A stretch of DNA of 64,000 nt, from the NCBI GenBank assembly GCA_013265495.1, contig MU058528.1, positions 186,001 to 250,000 of the forward strand. The letters are read 5' to 3'. Shown one piece after another: positions 62,891-64,000 of the stretch. Positions within the stretch are counted from its first letter, which is position 1. Each line of letters starts with the position of its first letter. Position numbers and translations under genes: made by a program. Under the pieces are notes generated by a model that was not told where the DNA came from, searched no databases, and saw only the letters and a list, made by a program, of their open reading frames with translations. The DNA is from Vicugna vicugna (lineage: Eukaryota).

Positions 62891-64000
62891 TGCCCAGACC
62901 CCCTCCACCTGCTCTGCATACACTCAGGAAAGGGGTTCTTTAATCTCTGGGCTTGGGAAAGAAGTTTATTAAGGAAAGAAACATGGCCACAGAATTCCTG
63001 GGGTGAGCCTCAGGAACACAGCAGGTGGTGGCCAAGAAGCCATGACAAAATTAAGGAAAAGGATTCAGATTCTTTTCAAGGCTATGCGTGATTAGCAACG
63101 TACATGTGGGTTCCAGCTGTCCCTGAGAAGTTTTTTTCTCTCCAAAAATGAAGGATGGCTTTCCATCTCATGAACTTGGAAGACTCTTGGCAGGTTGTTT
63201 TGTTAGAAGCTAGAAATCTCCAGTTATACTTTGTTTTGATTCTTTCTAAAACCAACTCCTTCCAGGCTAGCAATCCTGAAAGCTCTTCTAAAGTTTACAA
63301 AAGGAAATTGGATTTCTTTTCTTTCTTACTCTCATTTTATTTCTTCTTCTTCTTCTTCTTTTTGAATTAAATGTGGTCTTTATTAACTCTTGGGCAAGGC
63401 TGCTGTGTAGCTTCGATTGCAAGAAGATCTGCTGGTGGAGATGGCTGTCTCTCATTCTGCTTCCAAAGTAAACTCACTGGATATTGAAGCAGAGGCAGAA
63501 CACACAGGCAGAGGCCAACACCAAGGCAAACTGCAGCAGTAGTAGCAGTTTCTTAACAAGAATACCAACAACACTGAAAATTTTTAGGGACAATTCACTA
63601 GAGAAAAGTCAACCAACAGGTTCATTTCCTACAGACTCATTCTCAATGCTTCGTAACCATGGCATCGCCAGTAATGTGCGTGACTTCCAATCTGTCATAT
63701 CTGTGAGAGACTGGGGGAGCTTGATTTTATTCTTCGAAATCATGGTCTTTTTTTCTCTTTCCTTTAGGTGTTTTATGTGTTTGCCTCCTGTGTATGGTAT
63801 CTCCTGGGTCACCAGGTGATTAAAGCGGAATAAACACACTGACTTCTCTGCCTGACAATGCTGTTGTGTTCATTATTCCCTGCATATGCTGTCCAGATAT
63901 TCTTAACGTTGATTTCTTTGCACCCACCTGTCAATGGAAACAATTTGGTAGCAAACTTTTAACATTTTGTTTCTTTCTTTCAGCAAATGAAAGTATAGAT

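Noticed and set aside
63960..64000. Strong plus-strand splice acceptor (TTTGTTTCTTTCTTTCAG) at the window edge
   Set aside because: Only 17 nt follow in the window, so it cannot be evaluated.

Overview
AT-rich, repeat-dense mammalian genomic DNA, very probably camelid (alpaca, llama or camel), because it carries three Vic-1-type tRNA-derived SINEs. I find no intact protein-coding gene. The supplied ORFs are chance ORFs, microsatellite read-throughs or decayed transposon remnants. The clearest gene-derived feature is a 5'-truncated, intronless KMT2C (MLL3) SET/post-SET processed pseudogene at 57841-58421, with a poly(A) tract and a perfect 14-bp target-site duplication (TSD). Other large features are a truncated, env-deleted class I ERV (3' LTR, integrase and RNase H, 8519-10950, minus strand), two solo ERV1 LTRs with 4-bp TSDs (one MER41-like), a partial Tigger1 inside an old L1, and many L1, L2, MIR, MaLR/ERVL and hAT fragments. 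The most unusual observations are: an L1MC-type (old) 3' end freshly inserted with a perfect 16-bp TSD inside a younger L1; a young L1 without a TSD at a roughly 2-kb deletion junction; an L1 ORF2 fragment that restarts itself instead of ending in poly(A); and a proximal poly(A) junction recorded by the KMT2C retrocopy. Repeat subfamily names come from recalled consensus sequences, not a search, and the boundaries of old repeats are approximate. I found no convincing evidence of a novel biological system.
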